Shown here: positions 53,595 through 63,624 of the stretch, one piece after another | Numbering within the stretch: position 1 is the stretch's first letter | Layout: the number at the start of each line of letters is the position of its first letter | Assembly: GCA_038322045.1 (NCBI GenBank) | Contig: JBBQFP010000008.1 | Coordinates: 9,622-73,621, forward strand | Length of the DNA stretch: 64,000 nt | Source: Actinomycetes bacterium | Lineage (GTDB): Bacteria > Actinomycetota > Actinomycetes > JBBQFP01 | Direction: 5' to 3' | Position numbers and translations under genes: made by a program | Notes under the pieces: generated by a model | What the model saw: the letters and a program-made list of their open reading frames with translations, nothing else | Told to the model about the DNA's origin: nothing | Database searches by the model: none

Positions 53595-53938
53595 AGCGCA
53601 ACCGCGTCATCCTCGTCGCTGGCCTCGTGGTCGCGTTGTTCCTCGCGGGGATCATCAGCTACTACGCCAGCAGTGCGCCTGACGGCCTCAACCGGGTCGC
53701 CATCGACAAGGGCCTCGACGCGCAGCAGCGGACCTCCGCCTCCGACGGGTCACCCCTGGCCGGCTACTCCGTCAAGGGCGTGGAGAGCTCGCGGCTCTCA
53801 CGTGGGCTCGCGGGGGTCGCGGGCGTGGCGATCTGCTTCCTCATCGCGGGAGGAATCACCCTCGTCGTCCGCCGCAGGGCGGCTGCCGAGGCAGCGACGT
53901 CGGGGCCGGCAGCTCCTGCCGACAGCCTGCGGACGTGA
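53591..53938 (+). CDS. cbiN: PDGLE-domain protein (CbiN-like accessory subunit)
   Basis: N-terminal TM followed by ASSAPDGLNRVA (PDGLE motif) and a C-terminal TM. ATGA overlap with cbiM. Confidence 0.7.
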   Translation: MKRNRVILVAGLVVALFLAGIISYYASSAPDGLNRVAIDKGLDAQQRTSASDGSPLAGYSVKGVESSRLSRGLAGVAGVAICFLIAGGITLVVRRRAAAEAATSGPAAPADSLRT

Positions 53939-54702
53939 GTGGCGGCCACGCCCACCAGCTCTATCGCCCGGGGAGCAGCGTCGTCCATCGGCTGGCTCCG
54001 CAGTGCAAGCTCGCCGCGGTTGTCACGTTCGTCCTTGTCGTCGTCGCGACGCCTGCCCGTCAGTACTGGGCCTTCGGCTGCTACGCCGTGCTCCTCGCCA
54101 CGGTCGCCGCGCTCGCTCGTATCCCCGCGCCTGTCGTGGTCAGGCGGATGGCCGTCGAGGTGCCGTTCGTCCTCTTCGCCGTCCTGCTGCCGGTCATCTC
54201 CTCGGGGCCCAGGGTCGACGTGCTCGGCGTGAGCCTGAGCCAGTCGGGGCTGGTGGGCGCCTGGACCGTGCTGGCGAAGGGCACCCTCGGGGTCGTCGCC
54301 AGCATCCTGCTGGCCGCGACGACGGACGCGCGTGACCTCCTGCGCGGGCTCCAGCAGCTGCGGATGCCCTCGCTCATGGTGCAGATCATGACGTTCATGC
54401 TGCGGTACTCCGAGGTCATCGCCGCGGAGATGCATCGCATGCGGGTCGCCCGGGAGTCACGGGCGTTCCAGGGGCGAGACATCAGGCAGCTGCGTACCGT
54501 CACCGCCTCGGCGGGGGCACTGTTCATCAGGTCCTACGAGAGAGGTGAGCGAGTGCACCTCGCCATGCTCAGTCGCGGCTACACCGGCAGCCTGCCCGTG
54601 GTCGACGACGCACGGGCCGCCGCGTCCTCCTGGCTGACCGCGGCGGTCCTGCCCGCTGCGGCCGCGGCCGTGGCCATGTCCGCCTGGGTCGTGCAACGGT
54701 GA
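53935..54702 (+). CDS. cbiQ: ECF transporter T component CbiQ
   Basis: 255-aa multi-TM ORF with an Ala-Arg-Gly-like coupling-helix region (MRVARESRAF, RSYERGERVHLAMLSRGY). Overlaps both neighbours. Confidence 0.8.
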   Translation: MSGGHAHQLYRPGSSVVHRLAPQCKLAAVVTFVLVVVATPARQYWAFGCYAVLLATVAALARIPAPVVVRRMAVEVPFVLFAVLLPVISSGPRVDVLGVSLSQSGLVGAWTVLAKGTLGVVASILLAATTDARDLLRGLQQLRMPSLMVQIMTFMLRYSEVIAAEMHRMRVARESRAFQGRDIRQLRTVTASAGALFIRSYERGERVHLAMLSRGYTGSLPVVDDARAAASSWLTAAVLPAAAAAVAMSAWVVQR

Positions 54703-55508
54703 CCGCCCCGCTGACCACGGGGACGCAACGGGCGCCCGCCGGCCCGTCGCCCCAGCCGGCACCGCCGTCGCTGGAGGTCCACGACCTCGCCTTCGCGTAC
54801 CCCGACGGCCACCAGGCCCTCTACGGCGTCAACCTCACCGTTGCGCGTGGCGAGCGCGTCGCCGTCCTTGGTCCCAACGGGGCGGGGAAGACGACGTTCG
54901 TCCTCCACCTCAACGGCATCCTCACCGCAGGTCGAGGCAGCGTGCGCGTGGCGGACCTGCCCGTGGGCAAGGACACCGTGCAGGAGATCCGTCGCCGGGT
55001 CGGCATCGTCTTCCAGGACCCCGACGACCAGCTGTTCATGCCGACGGTGCGCGAGGACGTCGCCTTCGGCCCGGCGAACCTCGGCATGCGTGGGGCCGAG
55101 CTGCGCGCCCGGGTCGACGAGGCGCTCGAGCGGGTGGGCATGCTGAGCCTCGCCGACCGGCCCCCACACCACCTGTCCTACGGCCAGCGGCGACGTGTCG
55201 CTGTCGCCACCGTGCTGGCCATGGAGCCCGAGATCCTCGTCCTCGACGAGCCGTCGAGCAACCTCGACCCGGCCAGCCGCCGCGAGCTCGCGGAGATCCT
55301 CCTCGACCTCCAGGTCACGACGATGATGGTGACGCACGACCTGCCCTATGCCCTCGAGCTGTGCCCGCGCTCGGTCATCCTCGACGGCGGGGTCATCGCT
55401 GCCGACGGCTCGACGAGCGCCCTCCTGGCAGACGCCGAGCTCATGCGCTCCCACCGGCTCGAGCTGCCGTTCGGGTTCAACCCGGTGGGACTGGTCAGCC
55501 GCGGCTGA
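54699..55508 (+). CDS. cbiO: ECF transporter ATPase CbiO
   Basis: Walker A GPNGAGKTT, signature LSYGQRRRV, Walker B ILVLDEPSSNLD. Confidence 0.9.
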   Translation: MTAPLTTGTQRAPAGPSPQPAPPSLEVHDLAFAYPDGHQALYGVNLTVARGERVAVLGPNGAGKTTFVLHLNGILTAGRGSVRVADLPVGKDTVQEIRRRVGIVFQDPDDQLFMPTVREDVAFGPANLGMRGAELRARVDEALERVGMLSLADRPPHHLSYGQRRRVAVATVLAMEPEILVLDEPSSNLDPASRRELAEILLDLQVTTMMVTHDLPYALELCPRSVILDGGVIAADGSTSALLADAELMRSHRLELPFGFNPVGLVSRG

Positions 55509-55528
55509 CCCGTCCCACCGGGAAACGG

Positions 55529-57109
55529 TCAGGGGATGTCCGCCCGGTTCGCCTCGGCGACGATGTCGAGCGCGTCGTAGGACGTGATCGTGCGGTTGAC
55601 CACCGCCCGCGCCGAGTTGCGGACCACAGCAGCGACGTAGGCAGCGTGGCTCCGGTACAGCTCAGCGAGCTGCGAGGCAGGCAACGGGATCTCGTGCCCG
55701 GCGATGAAGCAGAACGACGCTCCCGTCGATCTCCCCGTCCAGGTGCTCGTGGGGACGTCGACATAGGGCGAGCGCAGGCCCCCGGTGACGTTGCCGAACC
55801 TGTCGAGCACCGGGGCGCCGCCGACCACAGTGATCGGGTCAGCGTGGGGCGGCGCGATGCCGTAGCGAACCCACCAGTCGAGGTTGCGCAGCGCGGCGTC
55901 GAAGAAGATCCGGCTCGGGAACCGGCTTCGCGGACCCTCGTTGCAGCTCATCGGGGGCACCGCCCTCCCGGCGCGGATGATGTCAGCCGGCGCAGCCGCG
56001 AAGTACAGCTCGTCAGGCGTCGCGTGCCCTGCCCCTGCCATCTCGTAGCTGCGGTACCGGTCCTGAGGTACGTCGCTGTCAGGACGCCGGGCACCGATGC
56101 CGATGAGGTAGTCCGACTGGGACATGATGTGGATGATCGGCACCCCGACGTCACGGAACTGCCGTCGGGGGTCGCCCAACGGCGGTGCCGGGACGCACTG
56201 GTTCATCGGCACGGCGCCGACGAACGCGCCGCCCGCCACCGCGACGATGTAGCCGTCGTACGTCGGCCTGCCGCCGTTGCGGGCGACGTCGAGCGGGTGG
56301 ATGGCGTTGATGTAGTTGTAGAGGAACCCGCCGGTCTGCGAGTAGCCGAAGCCGTAGACGTGCGTCACCGGGGGACGTCCGGACCGGCCGTAGGACAGCG
56401 GGTTCGCCGACCCGGAGCTGCGCAGCAAGGACCCGACCTGGCTGTTGATGTCCCACACCAGGCCGTTCTCGGTGGTGCGCGAGCTGTCAGCCGCCACGAC
56501 GGCGCAGTTGCGTGGGTCGCTCAGCGGGAGCGGGTTGGCAAACGACAGGGCCGCGTACCGCACGGGGTCGAAGTTCTTCAACGCCTGGACCGAGATCGGC
56601 TTGGCGGTGATGCCGACCCACGCATCGCCGTTGCGCACCATCTGCCGGTGGGCCATCGCCCAGCCGATGTTGAGGTCGAACAGGTTCGAGGGGTTGAGCA
56701 TCTCGACGACGACGTTTCCGCTGAACCGTGACACGTCTGCCGGACGCCGGACGAGGATGCGCGTCGTGTACGGCGCGTCAGGCGTGCGGACGACTGCCGG
56801 GCCGGGCGCCGGCCAGTCGTAGACGTTGGCCTTCCCGCTGACGAGGTACTCCTTCTCGACGTAGCCCACCGTCGAGAGGTCCTCGGGGACGAGGGTGTGG
56901 TCGGCGGCGCCGAAGGGGTACGACGTCGCCGTCGCGGGCAGCGGTCCGGTGACGTCGGGCAGCCACGGGGAGGTGGCCCGGACCGTCGTCGTGACCGCGG
57001 CCGCGGCGGTGGCGGCGGGTGCGGTTGCTGACGCCGAGAACGGCGTCGTCAGCACGAGTGCTGTCCCGAGCAGCAGGCCGAGGACCCCTCGGCGGCGTGA
57101 CCTCGTCAT
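55529..57109 (-). CDS. Secreted protein, probable alpha/beta-hydrolase-fold enzyme
   Basis: Tat-like signal MTRSRRRGVLGLLLGTALVLTTPFSASA, an AGGAGA ribosome-binding site, and 526 aa of non-repetitive sequence (…VVVEMLNPSN…GFGYSQTGGFL…). The family assignment is tentative. Confidence 0.5.
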   Translation of the reverse strand: MTRSRRRGVLGLLLGTALVLTTPFSASATAPAATAAAAVTTTVRATSPWLPDVTGPLPATATSYPFGAADHTLVPEDLSTVGYVEKEYLVSGKANVYDWPAPGPAVVRTPDAPYTTRILVRRPADVSRFSGNVVVEMLNPSNLFDLNIGWAMAHRQMVRNGDAWVGITAKPISVQALKNFDPVRYAALSFANPLPLSDPRNCAVVAADSSRTTENGLVWDINSQVGSLLRSSGSANPLSYGRSGRPPVTHVYGFGYSQTGGFLYNYINAIHPLDVARNGGRPTYDGYIVAVAGGAFVGAVPMNQCVPAPPLGDPRRQFRDVGVPIIHIMSQSDYLIGIGARRPDSDVPQDRYRSYEMAGAGHATPDELYFAAAPADIIRAGRAVPPMSCNEGPRSRFPSRIFFDAALRNLDWWVRYGIAPPHADPITVVGGAPVLDRFGNVTGGLRSPYVDVPTSTWTGRSTGASFCFIAGHEIPLPASQLAELYRSHAAYVAAVVRNSARAVVNRTITSYDALDIVAEANRADIP

Positions 57110-57251
57110 GTCGGTCTCCTGTCGTCGGTGGTGCGTGACGGACGGACGGAACGACCGGAACGTAGCAGCGGCGGACAACAGGGGTAAGTCCCTCGCCCGG
57201 GCAGATTCCGGACGGGTGTCCCGCGGGGTGCGCCCGCGCGGGCCGCTGAGG

Positions 57252-57941
57252 TCACGCCGTGGCGGCCTGGAGGTGCCCGTCGAGGATCTCGAGGTAGCGG
57301 TCGGTGTACTCGACCATCCGCAGGTCGTGGGTGACCATGATCCCGGTCTTGCCCCGCTCTTTGATCTCCCGGGCGAGAAGCTGGACGACCTGGCGGCCGA
57401 GGGTGGTGTCGAGGGCCGCCGTGGGCTCGTCGACGAGGACGAGGTCGGGGTCGTTCATGAGCGAGCGGCCGATGGCCACCCGCTGGCGCTCGCCGCCGGA
57501 GAGCTGCTCGGGGAGGTTGCCGGCGCGGTCGGCGAGGCCGAGCTCGTCGAGGAGCTGGTCGGCGCGGGCGCGCGCCTGCGCGGCGGGCACCTTGTGCCGG
57601 CGCAGGGTGTTCATGAGGACGAGGTTCTCGCGGGCCGTGAGGAACGGGACGAGGTTCGCCGACTGGAAGACGAAGCCCACGGTCTCGGCCCGGAAAACCG
57701 TCTGCTGCTTGGCCGAGAGCGCACCGACGTCGATGCCGCCGAGGCTCACCGTGCCGGTCGAGGGCGCGAGCAGCCCGCCGATGATGGACAGCAGCGTCGT
57801 CTTGCCCGACCCCGACGGGCCGAGCAGGGCGACGAACTCGCCCTGCTCGAGGCTCAGCGATGCGTGCTCGAGGGCCGTGACGGCGGTGTGGCCGGAGCCG
57901 TACACCTTGGTGACGCCGTCGACGGTGAGGATCTCGGTCAT
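57252..57941 (-). CDS. ABC transporter ATP-binding protein (MacB/LolD/FtsE-like)
   Basis: Walker A GPSGSGKTT, signature LSGGERQRVAIGR, Walker B LVLVDEPTAALD. Confidence 0.9.
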   Translation of the reverse strand: MTEILTVDGVTKVYGSGHTAVTALEHASLSLEQGEFVALLGPSGSGKTTLLSIIGGLLAPSTGTVSLGGIDVGALSAKQQTVFRAETVGFVFQSANLVPFLTARENLVLMNTLRRHKVPAAQARARADQLLDELGLADRAGNLPEQLSGGERQRVAIGRSLMNDPDLVLVDEPTAALDTTLGRQVVQLLAREIKERGKTGIMVTHDLRMVEYTDRYLEILDGHLQAATA

Positions 57942-59041
57942 TGCAGGGTTCCTCCGAGCGCGGTGGCGGGGTCGATCCGCGCGATGCGGCGCAGCGAGAA
58001 GGCGGCACCCAGCACCCCGGAGAGGATCGACAGGACGGCGACGACCCCGAGGGTCTGCGTCCGGAAGAGGATCGGCACCCCCTCGGGGATGACGAGGCCG
58101 AGCAGGCGCGCGAGGGCGGCACCCACGACGACCCCGACCCCGGTGGCCACGACGGCCTGGAGGAACAGGCCCGTGCCGAGGAGCCGGGTCGACGCACCGA
58201 GCGCCTTGAGCGAGGCCAGCAGGTCGCGGCGCTCGAGGGTGAGCAGGGCGAAGAACAGCCCGACGACGAGCGCGGCGACGAGGAGCGTCGTGTAGATGAT
58301 GGCGTTGAGCGTCGACCGCTGCTGAGCCGTGCCCGGGATCGCATTGATCGTCTCGTCCTTCGTGAGGACGCTGACACCGGCCGGGACCTGCACGGAGGAC
58401 GCCGAGACGCCGGGGTCGAGCCGCAGGGCGACGGCGGTGACCGACGACGTGTCGCCGCGAGTCTCCGGCCTAGCGGCGTGGCGCATCTCCCGCCACGTCG
58501 CGAGTGACGTGTAGAGCGTGGGCTGCCCCTGGTACGAGGCGTCCGAGACGAGCCCGACCACCTGGGTCGAGACGCCGGAGACTGTGACGGTGCTGCCGAC
58601 GCGCACACCCCGGGAGCGCAGCACGGAGTCGGCGACGGACTCGGTGGCGCTGCTGGGACGGCGTCCCTCGGTGAGCTTCCCGGGCACGCCCGCGCCGCGG
58701 GGGTCAGGGGAGCCGAGGACGGCGACGTCGAGCTCGCCACGGGGGCCGGCCCCGGTGGTGAGGAGCACCCCGAGGGGCGTGGCCTGCCGGACCCCCGGGG
58801 CCGTCGCGAGCTGGGCAGCGGCCTGCGCCGGCAGGCTCGAGCGAACCAGCGACCCCTTCGCGTCGGTGGAGAACGCGTAGGCGTCGGCCGGCGCCGAGCG
58901 CAGGGCTCCCGTGGCGCCGAAGTACAGCCCGTCGGAGATCGCCGAGAGGATGAGCACGAGGAACGCGATGAGGGCGAGCGCTGCGGTGACGGAGGCGAAG
59001 CGCCCCCGGTTGCGGCGCAGCTCAGCCAGCCCGAGCCTCAT
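57938..59041 (-). CDS. FtsX-like ABC transporter permease
   Basis: [29 protein letters not shown]..., a large extracytoplasmic loop, and three C-terminal TM helices. ATGA overlaps at both ends. Confidence 0.8.
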   Translation of the reverse strand: MRLGLAELRRNRGRFASVTAALALIAFLVLILSAISDGLYFGATGALRSAPADAYAFSTDAKGSLVRSSLPAQAAAQLATAPGVRQATPLGVLLTTGAGPRGELDVAVLGSPDPRGAGVPGKLTEGRRPSSATESVADSVLRSRGVRVGSTVTVSGVSTQVVGLVSDASYQGQPTLYTSLATWREMRHAARPETRGDTSSVTAVALRLDPGVSASSVQVPAGVSVLTKDETINAIPGTAQQRSTLNAIIYTTLLVAALVVGLFFALLTLERRDLLASLKALGASTRLLGTGLFLQAVVATGVGVVVGAALARLLGLVIPEGVPILFRTQTLGVVAVLSILSGVLGAAFSLRRIARIDPATALGGTLQ

Positions 59042-60129
59042 CGGACACCTGCCGCGCGCGCAGGGTCGATCTTCGTGATGCGTCGTACCGAGACGAGGGC
59101 CGCGATCAACGACCCGACGAGCACGGCGAGGACGACGGCCACGACGGTCACCGGTTCCACCGACACGGGGATCCCCGTGCTCACCCCGGCGATGGCCCCG
59201 TAGAGCAGCACGAGGGCCACGGCGCACGCGAGGAGGACGAGCGCGACGACCTGGGTGGCCACCGCAGCCGCCAGCGTGCCCGGGGTGGCACCGAGACCAC
59301 GGAGCAGGGTGAACACCCGCAGCTTCTGCACGGTGAGGATGAGGAAGAAGAACCCGACGACGACGACGCCGATGACGAACGTGATGCCCACGAGCAGGCC
59401 GAAGCTCTGGGTCACCGAGCTCACGCCGGGCAGGGCCGCCACGGCGGCGGTGCGCGAGAGGGCCTGTACACCGGGCACGGCCGCGTCGATCCGCGCGAGC
59501 ACCGCAGCGGCGTCGCCGTCGGTGCGCACGGCGACGAGGTTGACCGGCACGAACGGAGCCCCGGGGTTCGTGGCCGAGAGGACGCCGCGGTAGGTCTCGA
59601 GGGTGACCCAGCCGGTCGGCTGAGCGCTGAAGCGCGACTGGCGCAGGAGCCCGACCACCGTGAGCTGCGTCCCGGTGCGCGGCAGCTCGACGACGTCGCC
59701 GAGACGCACCGAGTCGCCGTCGATGGCGACCTCGCCGTCGGCCCGCGGGAGTCGGCCGTCGGAGACCGACGACGGCATGCCTGGGCCCCCCGGCAGGGCG
59801 CCGAAGAGGGAGAGGTCGACGTCGGTGCCCGTGATCCGCGCCGAGACGGTGCTGTTGCCGAGGCCTGCCGCCTGGCGGACGCCGTCGACGCGACCGACCT
59901 GCTCGACGACGCCGGGGTCGAGGCGGCTGCCCTGGAGGTTCTTGCGTGCCGTGGCGTTGTAGACGAGGCCGTCGGCGTCCATGCCGTCGAGGGCACCGGT
60001 GAACGACGAGACGAGCGCGCCCGAGAGCGTGCTGAGGAAGAGGATGAGGAAGACGAGCAGGCTCACCGCCCCCCCGAGCAGCCCGAACTTCAGCGGCGCG
60101 CGGCGCATCTCGCGCAGGGCCAGGAACAT
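59038..60129 (-). CDS. FtsX-like ABC transporter permease (second copy)
   Basis: [30 protein letters not shown]... has the same architecture as the downstream paralog. Confidence 0.8.
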   Translation of the reverse strand: MFLALREMRRAPLKFGLLGGAVSLLVFLILFLSTLSGALVSSFTGALDGMDADGLVYNATARKNLQGSRLDPGVVEQVGRVDGVRQAAGLGNSTVSARITGTDVDLSLFGALPGGPGMPSSVSDGRLPRADGEVAIDGDSVRLGDVVELPRTGTQLTVVGLLRQSRFSAQPTGWVTLETYRGVLSATNPGAPFVPVNLVAVRTDGDAAAVLARIDAAVPGVQALSRTAAVAALPGVSSVTQSFGLLVGITFVIGVVVVGFFFLILTVQKLRVFTLLRGLGATPGTLAAAVATQVVALVLLACAVALVLLYGAIAGVSTGIPVSVEPVTVVAVVLAVLVGSLIAALVSVRRITKIDPARAAGVR

Positions 60130-60304
60130 GGATCAAGCATGTCGTGCCCGCGCTCCCGGCGCGATCCGGCTCGCCGCCGACGTGACGCTCGTCATCCTCC
60201 GCAGACGTCACAGGATTGCCGGGCGGGATGGGGGGTAACAACGACTCGCGCGGCTGGCACCTCGCCTCCGCGGCGCAACCGTCATCAACCTTCAGGAGGA
60301 TCCC

Positions 60305-60580
60305 GTGCTCGGCTTGATCATCAGCCTTATCGTCGTCGGTCTCATCGCAGGGGCCCTCGCCCGTCTGCTGGTGCCCGGTCGGCAGGACATGTCGGTGCCC
60401 GCCACCATCCTGCTGGGGATCGTCGGATCGTTCATCGGCGGCTTCCTCGGCTACCTCCTCTTCCACAAGGACGGTACCGACGGCTTCTTCCAGCCCGCCG
60501 GGATCATCGGCTCGATCATCGGCGCCGTCGTCGCCCTGCTCGTCTGGACCCGCATGGGCAGCCGCTCGCACGCCCGGTAG
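60305..60580 (+). CDS. GlsB/YeaQ/YmgE-family (transglycosylase-associated) small membrane stress protein
   Basis: [30 protein letters not shown]...[12 protein letters not shown] is the family hallmark. Confidence 0.8.
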   Translation: MLGLIISLIVVGLIAGALARLLVPGRQDMSVPATILLGIVGSFIGGFLGYLLFHKDGTDGFFQPAGIIGSIIGAVVALLVWTRMGSRSHAR

Positions 60581-60663
60581 AACCATCCGGCAGTCTCACC
60601 ACGACGGACCCCGCCCTCCCGGCGGGGTCCGTCGTCGTGTCAGGGAGCGGGCGCTGGCGCGTC

Positions 60664-60680
60664 ATACCCCAGGGGGGTAC
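60664..60680. promoter_or_regulatory. CsoR operator variant (17 bp), upstream of csoR-copZ-copA
   Basis: ATACCCC-AGG-GGGGTAC has a 3-nt spacer and a TAC end. It lies 10 nt upstream of the csoR GTG. Confidence 0.6.
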
Positions 60681-60690
60681 CCTCGACGAC

Positions 60691-60981
60691 GTGGACCTCG
60701 CCCCTGGTTACGCCGGCACGAAGGACGCCCAGCTCAAGCGGCTGAGGCGGATCGAGGGTCAGGTCCGTGGGCTGCAGCGCATGCTCGAGGACGACACCTA
60801 CTGCATCGACGTCCTCACGCAGGTCTCCGCTGCCACCCGGGCGCTGGAGTCCTTCGCCCTGGCCCTCCTCGACGAGCACCTGTCCCACTGCGTCACCCAC
60901 GCGATCGAGGCCGGCGGCGAGGAGGCCGAGGTCAAGCTCAAGGAGGCCAGTGCCGCCATCGCGCGCCTCGTCCGCAGCTGA
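60691..60981 (+). CDS. csoR: Copper-sensing repressor CsoR
   Basis: ...[54 protein letters not shown] has the canonical C...H-x3-C Cu(I) ligand set. Followed by copZ and copA. Confidence 0.85.
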   Translation: MDLAPGYAGTKDAQLKRLRRIEGQVRGLQRMLEDDTYCIDVLTQVSAATRALESFALALLDEHLSHCVTHAIEAGGEEAEVKLKEASAAIARLVRS

Positions 60982-61077
60982 CCGACGCTGCTCCACCCGG
61001 CCGCCACCCATCAGCTCGTCAGCGTGTCCGTCATCCCAGTTCCCGTCAGTTCCCGTCAGATCAACCGAGGAGTTCTT

Positions 61078-61296
61078 ATGAGCGCGACGACGACGTACCA
61101 GGTCGAAGGCATGACGTGCGGTCACTGCGTCAAGGCTGTGACCGACGAGATCAGCGCCCTGCCGGGCGTGTCCTCGGTCGATGTGCAGCTCGTCGAGGGC
61201 GGCGTCTCCCCAGTCGCCGTCACCTCCGAGGAGCCGTTGAGCCACGAGCAGGTCTACGGCGCCGTCGATGAGGCCGGGTACGTCCTCGTCGGCTGA
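61078..61296 (+). CDS. copZ: Heavy-metal-associated copper chaperone CopZ
   Basis: MSATTTYQVEGMTCGHCVKAVTDEI carries the MxCxxC HMA motif. 72 aa. GAGGAG ribosome-binding site. Confidence 0.85.
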   Translation: MSATTTYQVEGMTCGHCVKAVTDEISALPGVSSVDVQLVEGGVSPVAVTSEEPLSHEQVYGAVDEAGYVLVG

Positions 61297-61357
61297 GCCG
61301 ACCGCCAGCCGGCTGCGCTAGCAGCAGCCGCCCGCACCGCAGAGCAAGGAGCCCGTC

Positions 61358-63622
61358 ATGACCGTCGTTCCGCAGGCCGCCCCCGCCTCGGTGGATCTCG
61401 TCATCGGCGGGATGACCTGTGCGTCGTGCGCCGCCCGCATCGAGAAGAAGCTCAACCGGATGCCCGGTGTCGAGGCCACGGTCAACTACGCGACCGAGAA
61501 GGCGCGCGTCACCTTCGGCGACGGGGTGACCCCCGCGGACCTCGTCGCCACCGTCCTCGCCACCGGGTACACCGCGGCGCTCCCGGCGCCGCCGGAGGCC
61601 GAGCAGCCCGACGTCGCCGATCAGGCGGCCCCCGACGACCACGCCGAGGCCTGGCGGACCCGGCTGCGGATCTCCTTGGCGCTCACCGTGCCCGTGGTGC
61701 TGCTCGCCATGGTGCCCTTTCTGCAGTTCGACAGCTGGCAGTGGCTCTCGCTCACCCTCGCGTCACCGGTCGTCGTCTGGGGGGCGCTGCCTTTCCACCG
61801 GGCGGCCTGGACGAACCTCCGTCACGGTGCCGCGACGATGGACACCCTCATCTCCGTCGGTGTGGGGGCGGCGTACCTCTGGTCGCTGTGGGCCCTGTTC
61901 GTCGGCGACGCCGGCATGCCCGGGATGCGCATGAGCTTCACGCTGCTGCCCGCCCAGGGCGCCGGCCGAAACGACATCTACCTCGAGGTCGCCAGCGCCG
62001 TCACGGTCTTCATCATCGCCGGCCGGTACGCCGAGGCCCGGGCGAAGACCCGGTCGGGTGCGGCCCTGCGCGCGCTCCTGGGGATGGGTGCCAAGGACGT
62101 CGCCGTCCTCCGGGACGGAGTGGAGCACCGGGTCCCCGTGGGCCAGCTCGCCGTCGGAGACGTCTTCGTCGTCCGTCCGGGGGAGAAGCTGGCGACCGAC
62201 GGAGTCGTCGTCGAGGGCTCGTCGGCGATCGACGCGTCGATGCTCACCGGCGAGCCGGTGCCCGTCGAGGTCGCGGCCGGCGACGCCGTCGTCGGCGCCA
62301 CGGTCAACGCCGGCGGCAGGCTCGTCGTCCGCGCGACGAGGGTCGGTGCCGACACGCAGCTCGCGCAGATGGCGCGGCTCGTCGACGAGGCGCAGAGCGG
62401 CAAGGCCGAGGTCCAGCGGCTGGCCGACCGGGTCAGCGGCGTCTTCGTGCCGGTGGTCGTCGTCCTCGCGCTGCTCACGCTCGCCGGCTGGCTGCTCACC
62501 GGTGCCTCGGCGGCGACAGCGTTCACCGCGGCGGTCGCCGTCCTCATCATCGCCTGCCCGTGCGCCTTGGGGCTGGCGACGCCGACGGCGCTGCTCGTCG
62601 GGACAGGTCGCGGGGCCCAGCTCGGGGTCCTCATCCGGGGCCCGCAGGTGCTCGAGTCGACGCGGCGGGTCGACACGATCGTTCTGGACAAGACCGGCAC
62701 GGTGACGACCGGCCGGATGACCTTGACCGACGTCGTCGCCGGCCCGGGTGAGATCGAGGGGGACGTCCTGCGCCTGGCCGGTGCGGTCGAGCACGCCTCC
62801 GAGCACCCCATCGCCCGCGCCGTCGCCGCCGCCGCGGCCGCGGCGGGGACTCTGCCGGGCGTGGAGTCGTTCCAGTCGCAGGGCGGCCTCGGGGTCTTCG
62901 GCGTCGTCGAGGGCCGCGCCGTGGCCGTCGGACGAGCGTCGTGGCTGCGCGAGCAGTGGGCCCTCGAGATGTCCGAGGCGCTGGTCGCAGCCGTCGAGGC
63001 GGCGCAGGACCAGGGCCGGACGCCGGTCCTCGTCTCGTGGGACGGCGCGGTCCGCGGGCTCGTCGTCGTCGCCGACGTCGTCAAGCCGACGTCGAGGACG
63101 GCTGTCGAGGAGCTGCGGGGCCTGGGGCTGCGCCCGGTCCTGCTCACCGGCGACAACTCCCGCGCTGCGCACGCTGTCGCCGCCCAGGTCGGCATCGCAC
63201 CGGAGGACGTCGTCGCCGAGGTGCTCCCGGCCGACAAGGTCGACGTCGTCAAGCGGCTCCAGGCCAACGGTGCCGTCGTCGCCATGGTGGGCGACGGGGT
63301 CAACGACGCCGCCGCGCTGGCGACGGCGGACCTCGGGCTCGCGATGGGCACCGGCACCGACGTCGCCATCGAGGCCTCGGACATCACGCTCGTCAGGGGC
63401 GACCTCCGCGCGGCTGTCGATGCCATCCGCCTCGCGCGCTCGACGCTGCGGACCATCAAGGGCAACCTGTTCTGGGCGTTCGCCTACAACGTCGCGGCGT
63501 TGCCGCTCGCGGCATTCGGGCTGCTCAACCCGCTCATCGCGGGCGCAGCCATGGCGTTCAGCAGCGTCTTCGTCGTGACCAACAGCCTGCGTCTGCGCAG
63601 GTTCAGGGGCGTTGCGGGCTGA
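61358..63622 (+). CDS. copA: Copper-translocating P1B-type ATPase CopA
   Basis: N-terminal [21 protein letters not shown] motif [13 protein letters not shown], phosphorylation site DKTGTVT, and [12 protein letters not shown] hinge. Confidence 0.9.
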   Translation: MTVVPQAAPASVDLVIGGMTCASCAARIEKKLNRMPGVEATVNYATEKARVTFGDGVTPADLVATVLATGYTAALPAPPEAEQPDVADQAAPDDHAEAWRTRLRISLALTVPVVLLAMVPFLQFDSWQWLSLTLASPVVVWGALPFHRAAWTNLRHGAATMDTLISVGVGAAYLWSLWALFVGDAGMPGMRMSFTLLPAQGAGRNDIYLEVASAVTVFIIAGRYAEARAKTRSGAALRALLGMGAKDVAVLRDGVEHRVPVGQLAVGDVFVVRPGEKLATDGVVVEGSSAIDASMLTGEPVPVEVAAGDAVVGATVNAGGRLVVRATRVGADTQLAQMARLVDEAQSGKAEVQRLADRVSGVFVPVVVVLALLTLAGWLLTGASAATAFTAAVAVLIIACPCALGLATPTALLVGTGRGAQLGVLIRGPQVLESTRRVDTIVLDKTGTVTTGRMTLTDVVAGPGEIEGDVLRLAGAVEHASEHPIARAVAAAAAAAGTLPGVESFQSQGGLGVFGVVEGRAVAVGRASWLREQWALEMSEALVAAVEAAQDQGRTPVLVSWDGAVRGLVVVADVVKPTSRTAVEELRGLGLRPVLLTGDNSRAAHAVAAQVGIAPEDVVAEVLPADKVDVVKRLQANGAVVAMVGDGVNDAAALATADLGLAMGTGTDVAIEASDITLVRGDLRAAVDAIRLARSTLRTIKGNLFWAFAYNVAALPLAAFGLLNPLIAGAAMAFSSVFVVTNSLRLRRFRGVAG

Positions 63623-63624
63623 CG

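Noticed and set aside
59042-60586. Upstream 515-aa extension of the 882-aa track ORF (57938-60586).
   Set aside because: The extension is a shifted-frame reading of the second FtsX permease gene and the intergenic DNA, with Arg/Gly/Pro-rich nonsense. The real permease starts at the ATG at 59041, where an ATGA overlap couples it to the upstream paralog.
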